This document shows positions 1 through 11,526 of a stretch of DNA of 64,000 bases, in pieces. The DNA lies in the NCBI GenBank assembly GCA_905178155.1, contig CAJINV010000013.1, positions 1,140,392 through 1,204,391 of the forward strand, given 5' to 3'. The notes beneath the pieces were generated by a model, which did no database searches, had not been told where the DNA came from, and worked only from the letters and a program-made list of their open reading frames with translations. This DNA comes from Amoebophrya sp. A120. Its lineage: Eukaryota; Protista; Dinoflagellata. The translations under genes were made by a program, and so were the position numbers. Numbering within the stretch: position 1 is the stretch's first letter; every line of letters begins with the position of its first letter.

Positions 1-116
1 TGCAATACAAATTTCGCCAGATTGTAGTGCGGATTGGGACTCCAGAACTTGTCATGCGCAATCCTGTGGGAGTAGGGTAGATCATGCACTTCTTGCAACA
101 CAAATTCCAGATTCTA
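1..116. mobile_element. probable truncated intronic repeat element at the window edge
   Basis: Contains the TTGTCATGC motif of the introners elsewhere in the window and an internal imperfect direct repeat (tgcaatacaaatttcgccagatt / tgcaacacaaattccagatt). The other end is not visible. Confidence 0.3.
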
Positions 117-829
117 TTGTAACGTTTGAGATTGTAACGTTTGAGCAGGTCATACGGCGCGTCGAGACGCACGTCAATAGGCTTGTTGATCGCAACCAGG
201 TCTTTTGCCTGGAACTTCCGCTGCTTCGCAAAAGACCCGACGCCCTTGGGTTTTTTAAGATTGTTCATCGAAAAGGTCTCCCTAGAAGTACCGGCCTCGT
301 GTTGAGAGATAAAGCCAATTGATGGCGCCGCCGTTGAAGATGTAGTAGCCGCGACGTTCTTTCCAGCATTCATCCTGTCTAGGTCTTGCTCTTGTTCTGC
401 CTGCTGGGCAGCGCTGCCTACATCCACCAGCTCCCTCGCTTCAAGCACGTTCAAGCACGCAGACTCCATAAAATCTGCGTTCTCGCGCAGCGCCGTAGCG
501 TGGTGGTTGGTCAGCAGGCCTTGAGATTGCAAAAACGAAACTTGTTTCTCCCGCATGGTGACGCTGCGTGCTACTTTTCGATCGGTTACTTCGATCATAC
601 CGATTTCATCTTTCGCAGCCAACGGCGGTTCTGACGCCTCAACAAGTATCGCGGGAAGTCGTTCTTGAGTCTGCGGGTCTACTTCTGTAGCGTCTTGCGG
701 TCCTGCGGTTCCTGTCGAGGAGGGGCCAAGAGGACCCAGACAAGTTTTTTTCGACGCCTCCGAAGCCGGCGCTGCGATCTCGAAATCGCTCTCCTCCGCA
801 CTGGGAGGCCGGTGCCGCTTCAAAATCAT
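1..829 (-). CDS. 5' part of a gene running off the window; possible RluA/RPUSD1-like pseudouridine synthase with long N-terminal extension
   Basis: Frame open from ATG at 829 (MILKRHRPPS...) to the window edge. DLVAINKPIDVRLDAP resembles the N-terminal NKxxDVRID motif of RPUSD1-type enzymes. The catalytic motif is not in the window. Confidence 0.4.
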   Translation of the reverse strand, partial: MILKRHRPPSAEESDFEIAAPASEASKKTCLGPLGPSSTGTAGPQDATEVDPQTQERLPAILVEASEPPLAAKDEIGMIEVTDRKVARSVTMREKQVSFLQSQGLLTNHHATALRENADFMESACLNVLEARELVDVGSAAQQAEQEQDLDRMNAGKNVAATTSSTAAPSIGFISQHEAGTSRETFSMNNLKKPKGVGSFAKQRKFQAKDLVAINKPIDVRLDAPYDLLKRYNLKRYNRIWNLCCKKCMIYPTPTGLRMTSSGVPIRTTIWRNLYC

Positions 830-1453
830 CTTCTTTTCGTCGATGCTACTGTAGTAGTCTTGTTATCTCATCTTTCTCGTAGTGTATCCATGTCCACCAG
901 TCTTGCTAGTCAGCCCTTGTTGCTGTCCTGTTACAGTAAGTGTGTGTGTGAGACTTCTGTAAAGAGATACCATCTCGAAAGCGCACTAAATGCGCAACGG
1001 AAAGACCGGTCAGTAGGTGCTCACGCCCTGCTGCTGGCCCTCCTGCCTTGCGGACATGAAATCTCATTGAGAATACGAGATCGATGGCTGCTCAATTCCC
1101 GGAGACTAGGAAGTAAATACTCCGGTCCTCATAGTTGCCCCTCAAATTAATCGAAGAAAAATTCGCCTTCGATCTACGATTTTGGCAATTTGAAGAACAT
1201 TTGCTTCCTGCTGAATTTTTACGCTCTTTCCGTTCTGAATTTTCGATAAGTATCTTTGCACGCAGTACTCGGATAGAGTCGCGTCTTGGATGCCGACACC
1301 TAGGCCTCATGCCCAGACTAGGAAAACATCATTTCTGTCTCTCTTTTGAGATCGGAAAAAAATTGAGTTCTGCACAGCTTTTTGAAATCGAAGTTGATTC
1401 ATCTTCATCTTACTTAGTCCTCGAATTTGGCCGCTGCTCCTGCATCATGGGGT

Positions 1454-2541
1454 TTAGCGCCCCGCAGCCATTTGACCCATCTTCATCATGACCTTCTCCA
1501 GCTGATCCTTGGCCTGGATTATCACCGAGCACCAAGCTAGCATGTTGTCATACTGGACATGCAAAACTGACGAAAGCAAGCTGCAAAAAGAACCACCCGT
1601 GACACAAGTGAGTAAGTAAGAACTACCACCTGCCTGCACCAGCAATTCAACATCTGCATGACAAACATGATCGCATGCTAGCAATTTTACTTATCTTAGG
1701 CGCATTCCCGGACAAAGCACCCTTCTTCACGAGGTGGATCGCGTTGATAATGAACGGGCAAAAACGTCAGTGGTGGAATTTGTGATGCGATAGAGCACGC
1801 GTGACAATATCCGTTCTCAACAACATTTCACTGACGGAATCACGTCGCAGGAGCTGGTACGCATCACATCTCGAATTCTCCAAAGCGCTTGTTAATTCAC
1901 ATCACAAATTTTACAAATCATAAAAAATATTCCCTTGCATATTCCGCAGCTTCGATAGCACGTTGACGGCACCAATGCGCGACTTCCGGTTTAGCCGATC
2001 TGATTTTTTTGTCAAGCGATTACTGCCATAGCCATTGAACTTTCTATTGCAAACATTGATCGAGACTGCGTCTATCGAACCACGATTTATTTTCATTTAG
2101 TAGAGGTAGATGCAGGGGCTTTATCAAAACTCTCGAGACGGAATCGGAAGTGAAAATAGTACCCATCTTTTCGTCCCATTCTTCCATGCTTTTTTCCAAG
2201 GCTTCTGCCTTCTTGACCGCTTTCGAGTCTTCGCCTTTCCCGCCGGCCAGCTTTTTGCTTTTCGACGACTCGAATTTCATCAGCTTCCGACTCTTTTTCG
2301 CTGCCTCGCTGTCGATTTTCGCCATGCGCTTGACGGCGCCCGCGATCTTGTTCTCCTGCTCTTCCAGCTTTTCCAAAACCTTTGACTCCTCAGTCTTCGA
2401 CAGCTTCTTCGTCGGCAGCGCCTTCATGAACGACAGCATCAGTTCCGCTTCCTGCGACGCCAGAGTCGCGGTCGGGAAAAGTACAGCCAGAAAGAAAGGC
2501 GCGGCGGCCAGGGAGGACAGAAGAAACGAGCAGCGCACCAT
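1454..2541 (-). CDS. multi-exon hypothetical secreted Lys/Glu-rich coiled-coil protein
   Basis: Signal-peptide-like N-terminus MVRCSFLLSSLAAAPFFLAVLFPTATLA, helical K/E-rich body, GT donor after EKMG. Coding-like downstream segments (SRIGAVNVLSKLRNMQ; AIHLVKKGALSGNAP; AKDQLEKVMMKMGQMAAGR*). Exon boundaries uncertain. Confidence 0.55.
1536..1682. mobile_element. short inverted-repeat element within a presumed intron
   Basis: GCTAGCATG..TCAT / ATGA..CATGCTAGC inverted ends and internal CATGACAAA motif. No clean 5-bp TSD. Confidence 0.4.
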
Positions 2542-3340
2542 GGCTGTAAAAAATCCAGAAAGTTCGATAAAGAGGACGATTTCGACTAGTTTTCTCTTTT
2601 ATGGTCGCGCAAAATTTTCTTTCTTGTAAGCGGCTCCGGCATTGCCGGGAAAACACTTCCGAACAGAGAAACAGGTCATGCACTATCGGATCGAAAGTTT
2701 GTTTCCAAAAGCACGGGAACACCGTGAGAAATCGCCCGAAACATATTCGATCGACGCATCTTTCTACAAGCAGCTCCTGTGCTTCTGCTCGTATAATATC
2801 AGTTTTAGAATTCTCAAATCATTCTGCCAGCCCAAGAGGTGTACATTTTTATTGAAAAAGCTGTTGAATGCCTCTGTTGAAACACCAGATTTATTCAGGT
2901 GACCCGCCAAACGCCCTACTTTCCCATAGAAGAAGCGCCCTCCTCAAGGTATACATCCAAACTGTGGGTCTAGATTACTTTTCGTGGTTCCAGAAAATTA
3001 TTCTTATTGTACAGTGCGAAAAATTCGTCTCGACATGCCTAACTGATTTGCTCCTACTTCAGAGATCAAGTGTAAACTTTTGTACAAGTGAGAAAACATA
3101 AACAATCCTGCAAAATGTGACAATGATTCCAGATTCCTGTTGCTAAGCTTCCTAACTGTGATTCTTCCTGAAGGCTTAAAGCTCGCAAGAAGGCTAAAAT
3201 GCTTAATGTTGATCGTAATCCGAATATAATATAAAATGGGTACATTGTTAAGTACTGTGAAATCAAATTCCAAACTTATGTGAAACATCAAATTCGGTGA
3301 AAGAAATGGCAGTTGCACACCCGCTCCGATGCTGTTCCCC

Positions 3341-3830
3341 TTACCGCCGCAGCGTGTCCGGGGTTTCCAGCTTGGAATTCGGCGGCAGGATGTTCGCCGC
3401 GATAGCGCGGGATCGCTTCTGCTCCTGCGCAAAGCAGTACGCGGATTGCAGGCAGGTCTCGCGGTGGGTCCCTCCGTGGATGTTCAGGGCCTCCCGCCGG
3501 GGCAAGTTCCCGGAATAGCCTGGAATCGAGGCCACCGGCTTCGGCGGAATGTCATTGCACCCCAGCCGCTCGCGTTCCTGTTGGTTTAGTTTTACATTTA
3601 CTTTGATAAGAGCACGTTTGCAATAAGATTCGACACGCAATTTCGGATCTTCTGCTCTCGACTCAGTGGAAAGAAACTTCTTGTTCTTCTCCGTGTAGCA
3701 TTTTAGAATTGAAACCGTTAATACGAATAAGGAAAGCGTAGCTAAGTATACCTGTCGCATCGTTTCCATGGTCTTGAAATGGAAGGCTTTCAACCCCAAC
3801 GGCTCGGAATTTTGGTACGCGATCTTGGCC
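3341..3830 (-). CDS. FAM166/DUF2475-like small protein (3' exons; further exons may extend to ~4380)
   Basis: IPGYSGNLPRREALNIHGGT resembles the IPGYxG..P motif of FAM166-type ciliary proteins. Candidate GT-AG intron 3751-3578 (in frame). Confidence 0.4.
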
Positions 3831-5311
3831 TTACTTATGCAAAGAAAAAAATGCGTGATTATGGTTATGCTCAACTTGTCTGCATCGAAAATGCCTTTTC
3901 GTCAACAGGAAACCAATGCTGTGCAAGAATCGCTTTCGTTCTTCTTCGTTTTTAATAATGCCATGGCATAGCATTGTACTATGAAATTCGTGACCGTACT
4001 GTCATCAATTCAAAATTACGAAATTCTTTAGCAAGTTTGCACTTTTACACACATTTTCTCCCGTCGATATCCTCATCCCGTGTGCGGATCATGTCCAGGT
4101 GTTGTTCCGTCGCGTGCAACAGCGTCAGGTTCTTACCCTGAGAGTTTCATTGTGTTGATTTGTGAAGCGTGGTCTACACGCATGACAAAACAAGCTTCTC
4201 ATGCATATACTAGCATAATGTCATGTTTTCTTCTATGTACAACATTGAAGTCACAAGAACCAGACAGTTTCTAAATTATACCGCCAATCCCATTTTGAAC
4301 TGCGCTGTTCCTCCTGGTTTCTTCAGCGGCTTGTGCAGCGTGTTGCTGGCTTGCGAGAGAAAGGTCACGGATTGCTGCGACATTTTTGTTTTTCTTCTTT
4401 CGTCGCAGAAACTTCAATTGATGTTCTGATTTCACTTTACTTGCTTCGACTTCTACTCGAACTCGTTCTCCCCCCACGACAAGACAAACAAAAAACTGGT
4501 GGTGAAAATGTTCATTTTGAAACGTTCACATCATGACGCTTCGATAGTGAGAGGTGCGTCCATTTGCCATGACGAAGATGCAATATCCCGACCGTCCCCA
4601 TCAAACGAAATACGATAAGGATAAAAACGATACTGGTTAGTACTCGGACACATACTACTTGGAACTGGAAGGTCCATCACCGCATTAACCTCACGTTTTC
4701 CACTTATCAGGTGTGGTATTTGATACAATTTCGATTGTTCTACTACGGACGGAGCGATGAAAAAACGAATATATTGGCGCTTGTTGGTTAAGCACTGTAG
4801 TGCACCCCTGTTGACGACAAGCGTCAAAACTTCTGAACGGCGCCTTCTTTATTTTGATATCGCGCCATTCGATTCTGAAAACGAAAAAGCGATGTGTGAA
4901 AATGCACGATATGACAATGTGAACCGTGGAAAACAAAAAGCGGCAAAGGTAGATATCATATTGATATGATTGCTTTCGTTTCGATCAACAACGACAGTGG
5001 TTTTCCAAATAATTTCGCAAAAAGCCAATCCAGGATTATTCTTGGTCAACTTGAAAGTCACACAACTTCCAAGCAAAAAACTACACTTCTAAAACGCTCA
5101 AACAGTGAAAATTTCACTGATTCGAGATCGAGAAAGAAGGCCACTCTCTGACACGACTGGCAGCCACCCAACGTAGTCCTGATCAATCTGGTAGTTTGTA
5201 TTCACGCTGCTCGCACGGTGCTAGCAATTTTCAAGTAGTAAACATTTCAATTTAGAAATTCCATAAGTACTAGCTCCCAGTCCTCCTGAACCAACTGCTC
5301 AAGAAGAAGCC

Positions 5312-7000
5312 TCATCGACGTGAAGATGCATGTCCAGCATGTGTTGCGCCACCGGATCCCCCGATCGAGTGAGCTGCATGTCCAGCATGTGTTGCGGTTG
5401 CCCTTGTTCCCCCTGCTCCTGCCCGCCTGGTCGACATCAGAAGAGCCGCGTTGGTGGACCCCGAGGTTGGTTTTGGCGACTCCGAAATCCGGAAATCCGA
5501 AAAAGTGATGTTGTACACTTTGTCGTCGCCGTAGGGGCAGTCCTTCTGCTTGAAAACGGGGGGCCAACCCTGGCTACCAACCTGGTCGAACGACCACACG
5601 GAGAGCACGAACATTCCGCCCTGTTCCCCCATCAGTCGCTGCAGTTCCTCGTCCGAAGAGGAACCGGCCACCTCCCCCGGCCCCGTGAGGTCTTTCCCGT
5701 CGCGCAGCGTCCACCGCGCGGACCGCAGTTTTTCGGGCGGCATGCCCGTGTCGTTGGAGGTGTTCGCGTACTGTTTCCCCCAGGGGTCGTCCGCTTGGTG
5801 CGAGGCTGCAACCCAACCGTGTTCCAACGACTCCGCCACGTCCATCTCCCAGCAGGGCGCCCAGCCCTTGTTTTTTTGCGCGTCGCAGTAGTGGTCCTTG
5901 TTGGGCGACGGGCCCGCGACGGGGCCGCCGGTGAAGTAAGCGGCGACCATGCAGCCGTGGTCCACGTCCCCGCGGTCGATGTTGAGCTGAATGTGAATCA
6001 AGTGCAACAATGTCTGGGTCTGGAAGAGCGCATGTTTGTCATGCTTGTCTGGCATGACTCTCAAATCTGTCATGCACGTTACCCAAGAGCGCCACTTTTC
6101 TGTCATGCAGAGACGCAGTTTGTCATGCAGACTAGGCAACACCTAGAAGCTCAGAAACTTGTCATGCTGAGCGAGCACCTGTGGCCTCCTCATGATACGC
6201 CACCCAGCATCACAAGTTTCCAGACCCACACATTTTTACATTTGATAATGTGGCTTTTGTCCCCAAATCGCCACCGCGTCAGGCTGGCCTTGTCGATCAC
6301 GCCGTCCTCGTCAAACTTGGGGCAGTTTTTCACGAGGTAGAAGGAGGACCGCGGCTCCATAGTGCTTACTTTCGTGAAAGTGATCCCGGTGTCCGTGATT
6401 TTGTAGTACTCGTCGTCCGGATTGTCCAGCACCTCCTTGGTCGCAGCCACATAGACCATTTTCTGTTCAAAATCTTCCTCCCTCGGGTTGGATAACCCCT
6501 CGGGCGCCACCTTGGCCAAAAACCCGTCGTACGGACAAGCAGCAGAAGAAGATTCTTCTACACTGTCATCTTCATCGAGGCCAACATGCTGTTCTCGATC
6601 TTCATCTTCCTCTCCCTCGTCCGCGGGGACGCTAGCGCGCCGCAAAGCGCCGGTTTTCGTCGCATGTCCTGCTTTGGTGCCGACGCGCGTTGCACCACTG
6701 GAAGCTGTGACGCGATCTTGCAACATGCTCGTGCTCGTGTTCATCACACCGCCCAGCTCATCATCCTCGTCCTCGCTGGAAGGTAATAATTCGTCGGCAG
6801 CAGAGTTTTTCGCTGGTGTAGTAACCGCATCTTCGCCCGTCACGACCGAGCCGCGGCGTCGACTGGGTCCTCCAACAAAATAACCTGCATGTAAGTACAC
6901 CAACGAGCAGACTGGGCGAAGAGAGAAGGACTGCCGCGAGCAGACCCGAGAGGCAGCTCAGGAACATGGTCGCGAAGCTGCTGCCGGTATTCGCTGTCAT
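5312..7000 (-). CDS. GH7-like glycoside hydrolase (cellulase-like), compact and divergent, with signal peptide; interrupted by an introner
   Basis: After removing 5996-6247 plus one ATGTG the protein reads ...SHIQLNIDRGDVDHGCMVAAYF...HYCDAQ...CWEMDVAES...GMFVLSVW...ITFSDFRI. This matches GH7 motifs DVDVSxLPCGLNGALYF, YCDAQC, ExDxxE, GMVLVMSLW and VTFSNIK. Signal peptide MFLSCLSGLLAAVLLSS lies at 6967 in another frame. Confidence 0.7.
5996..6247. mobile_element. introner-like TIR element, family TATCAA, subfamily 1
   Basis: ~30-bp TIRs (AATCAAGTGCAACAATGTCTGGGTCTGGAA / TTCCAGACCCACACATTTTTACATTTGATA), ATGTG direct repeats, frame restored on removal. Confidence 0.9.
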
Positions 7001-7522
7001 CTTGTTTCTTCTGCGTTAATTTTCGGCGTGAGTAGAAAATACCAACTTGGCTGCTACTATCACTAACAAGGGCTCTGTTCGCTGAAGTGTGCGGCTAGTG
7101 GGTCAACAATCTTTGCACGAAGCAGCGTCTGCGATCCGTTTTCTGTAGTATAATTGGCATCTAAATATCAGTGTCTGCGTTTTCTTGCTTATCATGGTTA
7201 CCCCACCAACCGGCAAAAAAAACAAACTGTTTGTGTTTCCAGATTTATTCGACGAACTCCTCATTAGCACTGTATTCCTTCGTGAAAACGAAAACGGTCA
7301 CACCTACGACAACATTTGGAGATTCGAAACATCAGTCTATGTATAATCTTTTTTCCATACGACGACGATGACGATGTGATGTCAGAGAAATTCAAATTGA
7401 TTCTATCTCCGACGCAAAGATCAAGAGCCGAAGAAAGCAGAGTATGAGTAGGAGTAAATGTTAACGAATCTCTACCATGACTAGATATAAGTCAGAAAAC
7501 CCATTATTTAATAGTATCCCGC

Positions 7523-7707
7523 AATAGAAACAAAGAATAGAAACGAAAAACAAAAACAAAGAACGGAAACGAAAAACAAAAACAAAGAATGAAAACGAAA
7601 AACGAAAACAAAGAATGGAAACGAAAAACGAAAACAAAGAATAGAAACGAAAAACGAAAACAAAGAATGAAAACAAAAAAGGAAAACAAAGAATAGAAAC
7701 GAAAAAC
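7523..7707. repeat. A-rich tandem repeat, ~26-bp unit AAAGAATAGAAACGAAAAAC(A/G)AAAAC, ~7 copies
   Basis: Directly visible. Confidence 0.9.
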
Positions 7708-7749
7708 AACAACAACGACATGCAGACAAAGTGCCCAAGCTTCTAAGCG

Positions 7750-8156
7750 GCGAAGCCTCGAAACGCCGGAGGAAGCAGCGAAGCCTCGAAGCAGCGAAGC
7801 TTCGAAGCAGCGCAGCCGCGAAGCAGCGCAGCCGCGAAGCAGCGCAGCCGCGAAGCAGCGCAGCCCCGAAGCCTCGAAGCAGCGAAGCCTCGAAGCAGCG
7901 ACGCCTCGAAGCAGCGAAGCAAGCCACGAAGCCTCGAGGCAGCGAAGCCTCGAAGCAAGCCGCGAAGCCTCGAAGCAGCGAAGCCTCGAAGCAGCGAAGC
8001 TTCGAAGCAGCGAAGCCTCGAAGCAGCGAAACCTCGAAGCAGCGAAGCCTCGAAGCAGCGAAGCCTCAAAGCAGCGAAGCCTCGAAGCCTCGAAACAGCG
8101 AAGCCTCGAAGCAGCGAAACCTCGAAGCAGCGAAGCCTCGAAGCAGCGAAGCCTCA
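7750..8156. repeat. 16-bp minisatellite GCGAAGCCTCGAAGCA, ~25 copies
   Basis: Directly visible. Confidence 0.95.
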
Positions 8157-9042
8157 GGTTTGTCGCTGCGCCGGACCGGAGCGACAAGTCCAGGAGTCCC
8201 CGGACCCGTCATTTTGTCGTTGCGCCGGACCGGAGCGACACAACCAGGGGTCCCCGGACCCGTCATTTTGTCGTTGCGCCGGACCGGAGCGACAAATCCA
8301 GGGGTCCCCGGACCCGCCATTTTGTCGTTGCGCCGGACCGGAGCGACAAATCCAGGGGTCCCCGGACCCGCCATTTTGTCGTTGCGCCGGACCGGAGCGA
8401 CAAAATCAGGGGTCCCCGGACCCGCCATTTTGTCGTTGCGCCGGTCATTTTGTCGTTGCGCCGGACCGGAGCGACAAATCCAGGGGTCCCCGGACCCGTC
8501 ATTTTGTCGTTGCGCCGGACCGGAGCAACAAATCCAGAGGTCCCCGGACCCGCCATTTTGTCGTTGCGCCGGACCGGAGCGACAAATCCAGGGGTCCCCG
8601 GACCCGTCATTTTGTCGTTGCGCCGGGGCGGAGCGACAAAATCAGGAGTCCCCGGACCCGTCATTTTGTCGTTGCGCCGGACCGGGGCGACAAAATCAGG
8701 AGTCCCCAGACCCGTCATTTTGTCGTTGCGCCGGACCGGAGCGACAAAATCAGGAGCCCCCGGACCCGCCAATTTGTCGCTGCGCCGGACCGGAGCGACA
8801 AAATCGAGGGTCCCCGGACCCGCCAATTTGTCGCTGCGCCGGACCGGAACGACAAATCCCGGGGTCCCCGGACCCGCGAATTTGTCGCTGCGCCGGACCG
8901 GAGCGACAAATCCCGGGGTCCCCGGACCCGCGAATTTGTCGCTGCGCCGGACCGGAACGACCAATTCGGGGGTCCCCGGACCCGCGAATTTGTCGCTGCG
9001 CCGGACCGAAGCGACAAATTCAGGGGTCCCCAGACCCGCGAA
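8157..9042. repeat. 54-bp minisatellite, ~16 copies, each unit containing two inverted repeats
   Basis: Unit TTTTGTCG(T/C)TGCGCCGGACCGGAGCGACAAATCCAGGGGTCCCCGGACCCG(T/C)CA; 18-aa periodicity in the ORF track. Confidence 0.95.
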
Positions 9043-9044
9043 GT

Positions 9045-9140
9045 CCGGTGCCGGACCATGGCCGCCGAGCCGGTGCCGGACCATCGCCGCCAAGCCGGTG
9101 CCGGACCATGGCCGCCAAGCCGGTGCCGGACCATGGCCGG
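9045..9140. repeat. 25-bp tandem repeat CCGGTGCCGGACCATGGCCGCC(A/G)AG, ~4 copies
   Basis: Directly visible. Confidence 0.9.
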
Positions 9141-9589
9141 GCCCGCCGCCCGGCGCCAGAACGCGGCCCCGCCGGTGCCAGCACGCAAGATGGCGGCAAA
9201 GGCCAACCTGCCAGCCGCGCCGGTGCCGGATCGTGGCCAAGCCAGTCTGGCGCTTTCAAAATCGCAGGCGGATGGGCCTGCCTGTGCTGAAGCGCCGGAA
9301 CCGATTTTCCACAGATGGACGCTGAGTCTGTGCTACTATTCATCTAGCGGAATACTATTAAGTCTGCAGGTTACTGGACACGGGAAGCGGGATAAGGCTA
9401 GTAATTACACATTCGAAGTTTTTCGTTTTACGTATAACGCAAGACGATGTTGGCAAGAATTGTGAGTGCGACGATGAATACGAAACAGCTACGCCTATAA
9501 AAAACGATGAAAGGTGGACCGAAGCCTGCATGTAGATGTATTGGCGACGCAATGATAAGTATAGAACAAAAAACTTTAACGCACACCTC

Positions 9590-11526
9590 CGGAAACCTCA
9601 ACCAACAACTCCCGCGACCTCCAGCCTCAACTCCCGAAACCTCCCGACCAAAACCTCCGACCTCCGGGCCCCGTGGTCCCCGAAACCTCCGACCTCCGGG
9701 CCCCGTGGTCCCCGAAACCTCCGACCTCCGGGCCCCGCGGTCCCCGAAACCTCCGACCTCCGGGCCCCGTGGTCCCCGAAACCTCCGACCTCCGGGCCCC
9801 GTGGTCCCCGAAACCTCCGGCCTCCGGGTCCCGCGGTCCCCGAAACCTCCGGCCTCCGGGTCCCGCGGTCCCCGAAACCTCCGACCTCCACGTCCCGCGG
9901 TCCCCGAAACCTCCGACCTCCGGGGCCCGGGTTCCCCGGAAACTCCGACCTCCGGGTCCCGGGTTCCCCGGAACCTCCGACCTCCGGGTCCCGGGGCCCC
10001 CGAGACCTCGCTCCGACCTCCGGGTCCCGCGGTCCCCGAAACCTCCGACCTCCGGGTCCCGCGGTCCCCGAAACCTCCGACCTCCGGATCCCGGGCGGGG
10101 TCCCCGAAACCTCCGACCTCCGGGTCCCGGGGTCCCCAAAACCTCCGACCTCCGGGTCCCGGGGTCCCCGAAACCTCCGACCTTCGGGTCCCGGGGTCCC
10201 CGAAGCTTCCGACCTGCGGGCCCCGCGGTCCCCGAAACCTCCGAACTCCGGGCCCCGCGGTCCCCGAACCCTCCAAACTCCGGGCCCCCGAAAGCTCCGA
10301 CCTCCGGGTCCCGGGGTCCCCGAAACCTCCGACCTTCGTGTCCCGGGGTCCCCGAAGCCCCCGACCTCCGGGCCCCGCGGTCCCCGAAACCCCCGACCTT
10401 CGGGTCCCGGGGTCCCCGAAACCCCCGACCTTCGGGTCCCGGGGTCCCCGAAACCTCCGGGCCCCGCGGTCCCCGAAACCTCCGAACTCCGGTGCCCCGA
10501 AACCTCCGACCTCCGGGTCCCGGGGCCCCCGAAGCCCCCGACCTCCGGGTCCCGCGGCCCCCGAAACCTCCGACCTTCGGGTCTCGGGGTCCCCGAAACC
10601 TCCGACCTTCGGGTCTCGGGGTCCCCGAAACCTCCGACCTCCGGGCCCCGCGGTCCCCGAAACCTCCGACCTCCGGGCCCCGCGGTCCCCGAAACCTCCG
10701 AACCCCGGGCCCCGCGGTCCCCGAAAGCTCCGAACTCCGGGTCCCGGGGTCTCCGAAACCTCCAAGCCTGCGACCTCCGGGCCCCGCGGTCCCCGAAACC
10801 TCCGGGTCCCGGGGTCCCCGAAACCCCCGACCTCCGGGTCCCGCGGTCCCCGAAACCTCCGGCCTCCGGGCAACGCGGTCCCCGAAACCTCCGACCTCCG
10901 GGTCCCGCGGTCCCCGAAACCCCCGACCTCCGGGTCCCGCGGTCCCCGAAACCTCCGACCTCCGGGTCCCGGGGTCCCCGAAACCCCCGACCTCCGGGTC
11001 CCGCGGTCCCCGAAACCTCCGACCTCCGGGTCCCGGGGTCCCCGAAACCTCCGACCTTCGGGTCCCGCGGTCCCCGAAACCTCCGACCTCCGGGTCCCAC
11101 GGTCCCCGAAACCTCCGACCTCCGGGTCCCGCGGTCCCCGAAACCTCCGACCTCCGGGTCCCGGGGTCCCCGAAACCTCCGGGGCCCCGAAGCCTCCGGG
11201 TCCCGGTTTCCCCGCAACCTCGCTCCGGCCTTCGGGCCCCGCGGTCCCCGAAACCTCCGACCCCCGGGTCCCGGGGTCCTCGAAACCTCCGACCTCCGGG
11301 CCCCACGGTCCCCGAAGCCTCCGACCTCCGGATCCCGCGGTCCCCGAAACGTCCGACCTCCGGGCCCCGGGGTCCCCGAAACCTCCGACCCCCGGGTCCC
11401 CCGGTCCCCGAAGCCTCCGACCCCCGGGTCCCCGGAACCTCCGACCCCCGGGCTCCCCGAAACCTCCGACCTCCGGGTCCCGCGGTCCCCGGAACCTCCC
11501 TCCGACCCCCGGGCCCCGCGGTCCCC
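9590..11526. repeat. 32-bp GC-rich satellite GGTCCCCGAAACCTCCGACCTCCGGG(T/C)CCCG(C/G), left arm
   Basis: Roughly 60 units, degenerate at the outer edge, ends exactly at the 5' LTR. Confidence 0.95.

Noticed and set aside
8157-11526. CRISPR array
   Set aside because: Units are head-to-tail with no unique spacers, there are no cas genes, and the context is eukaryotic.
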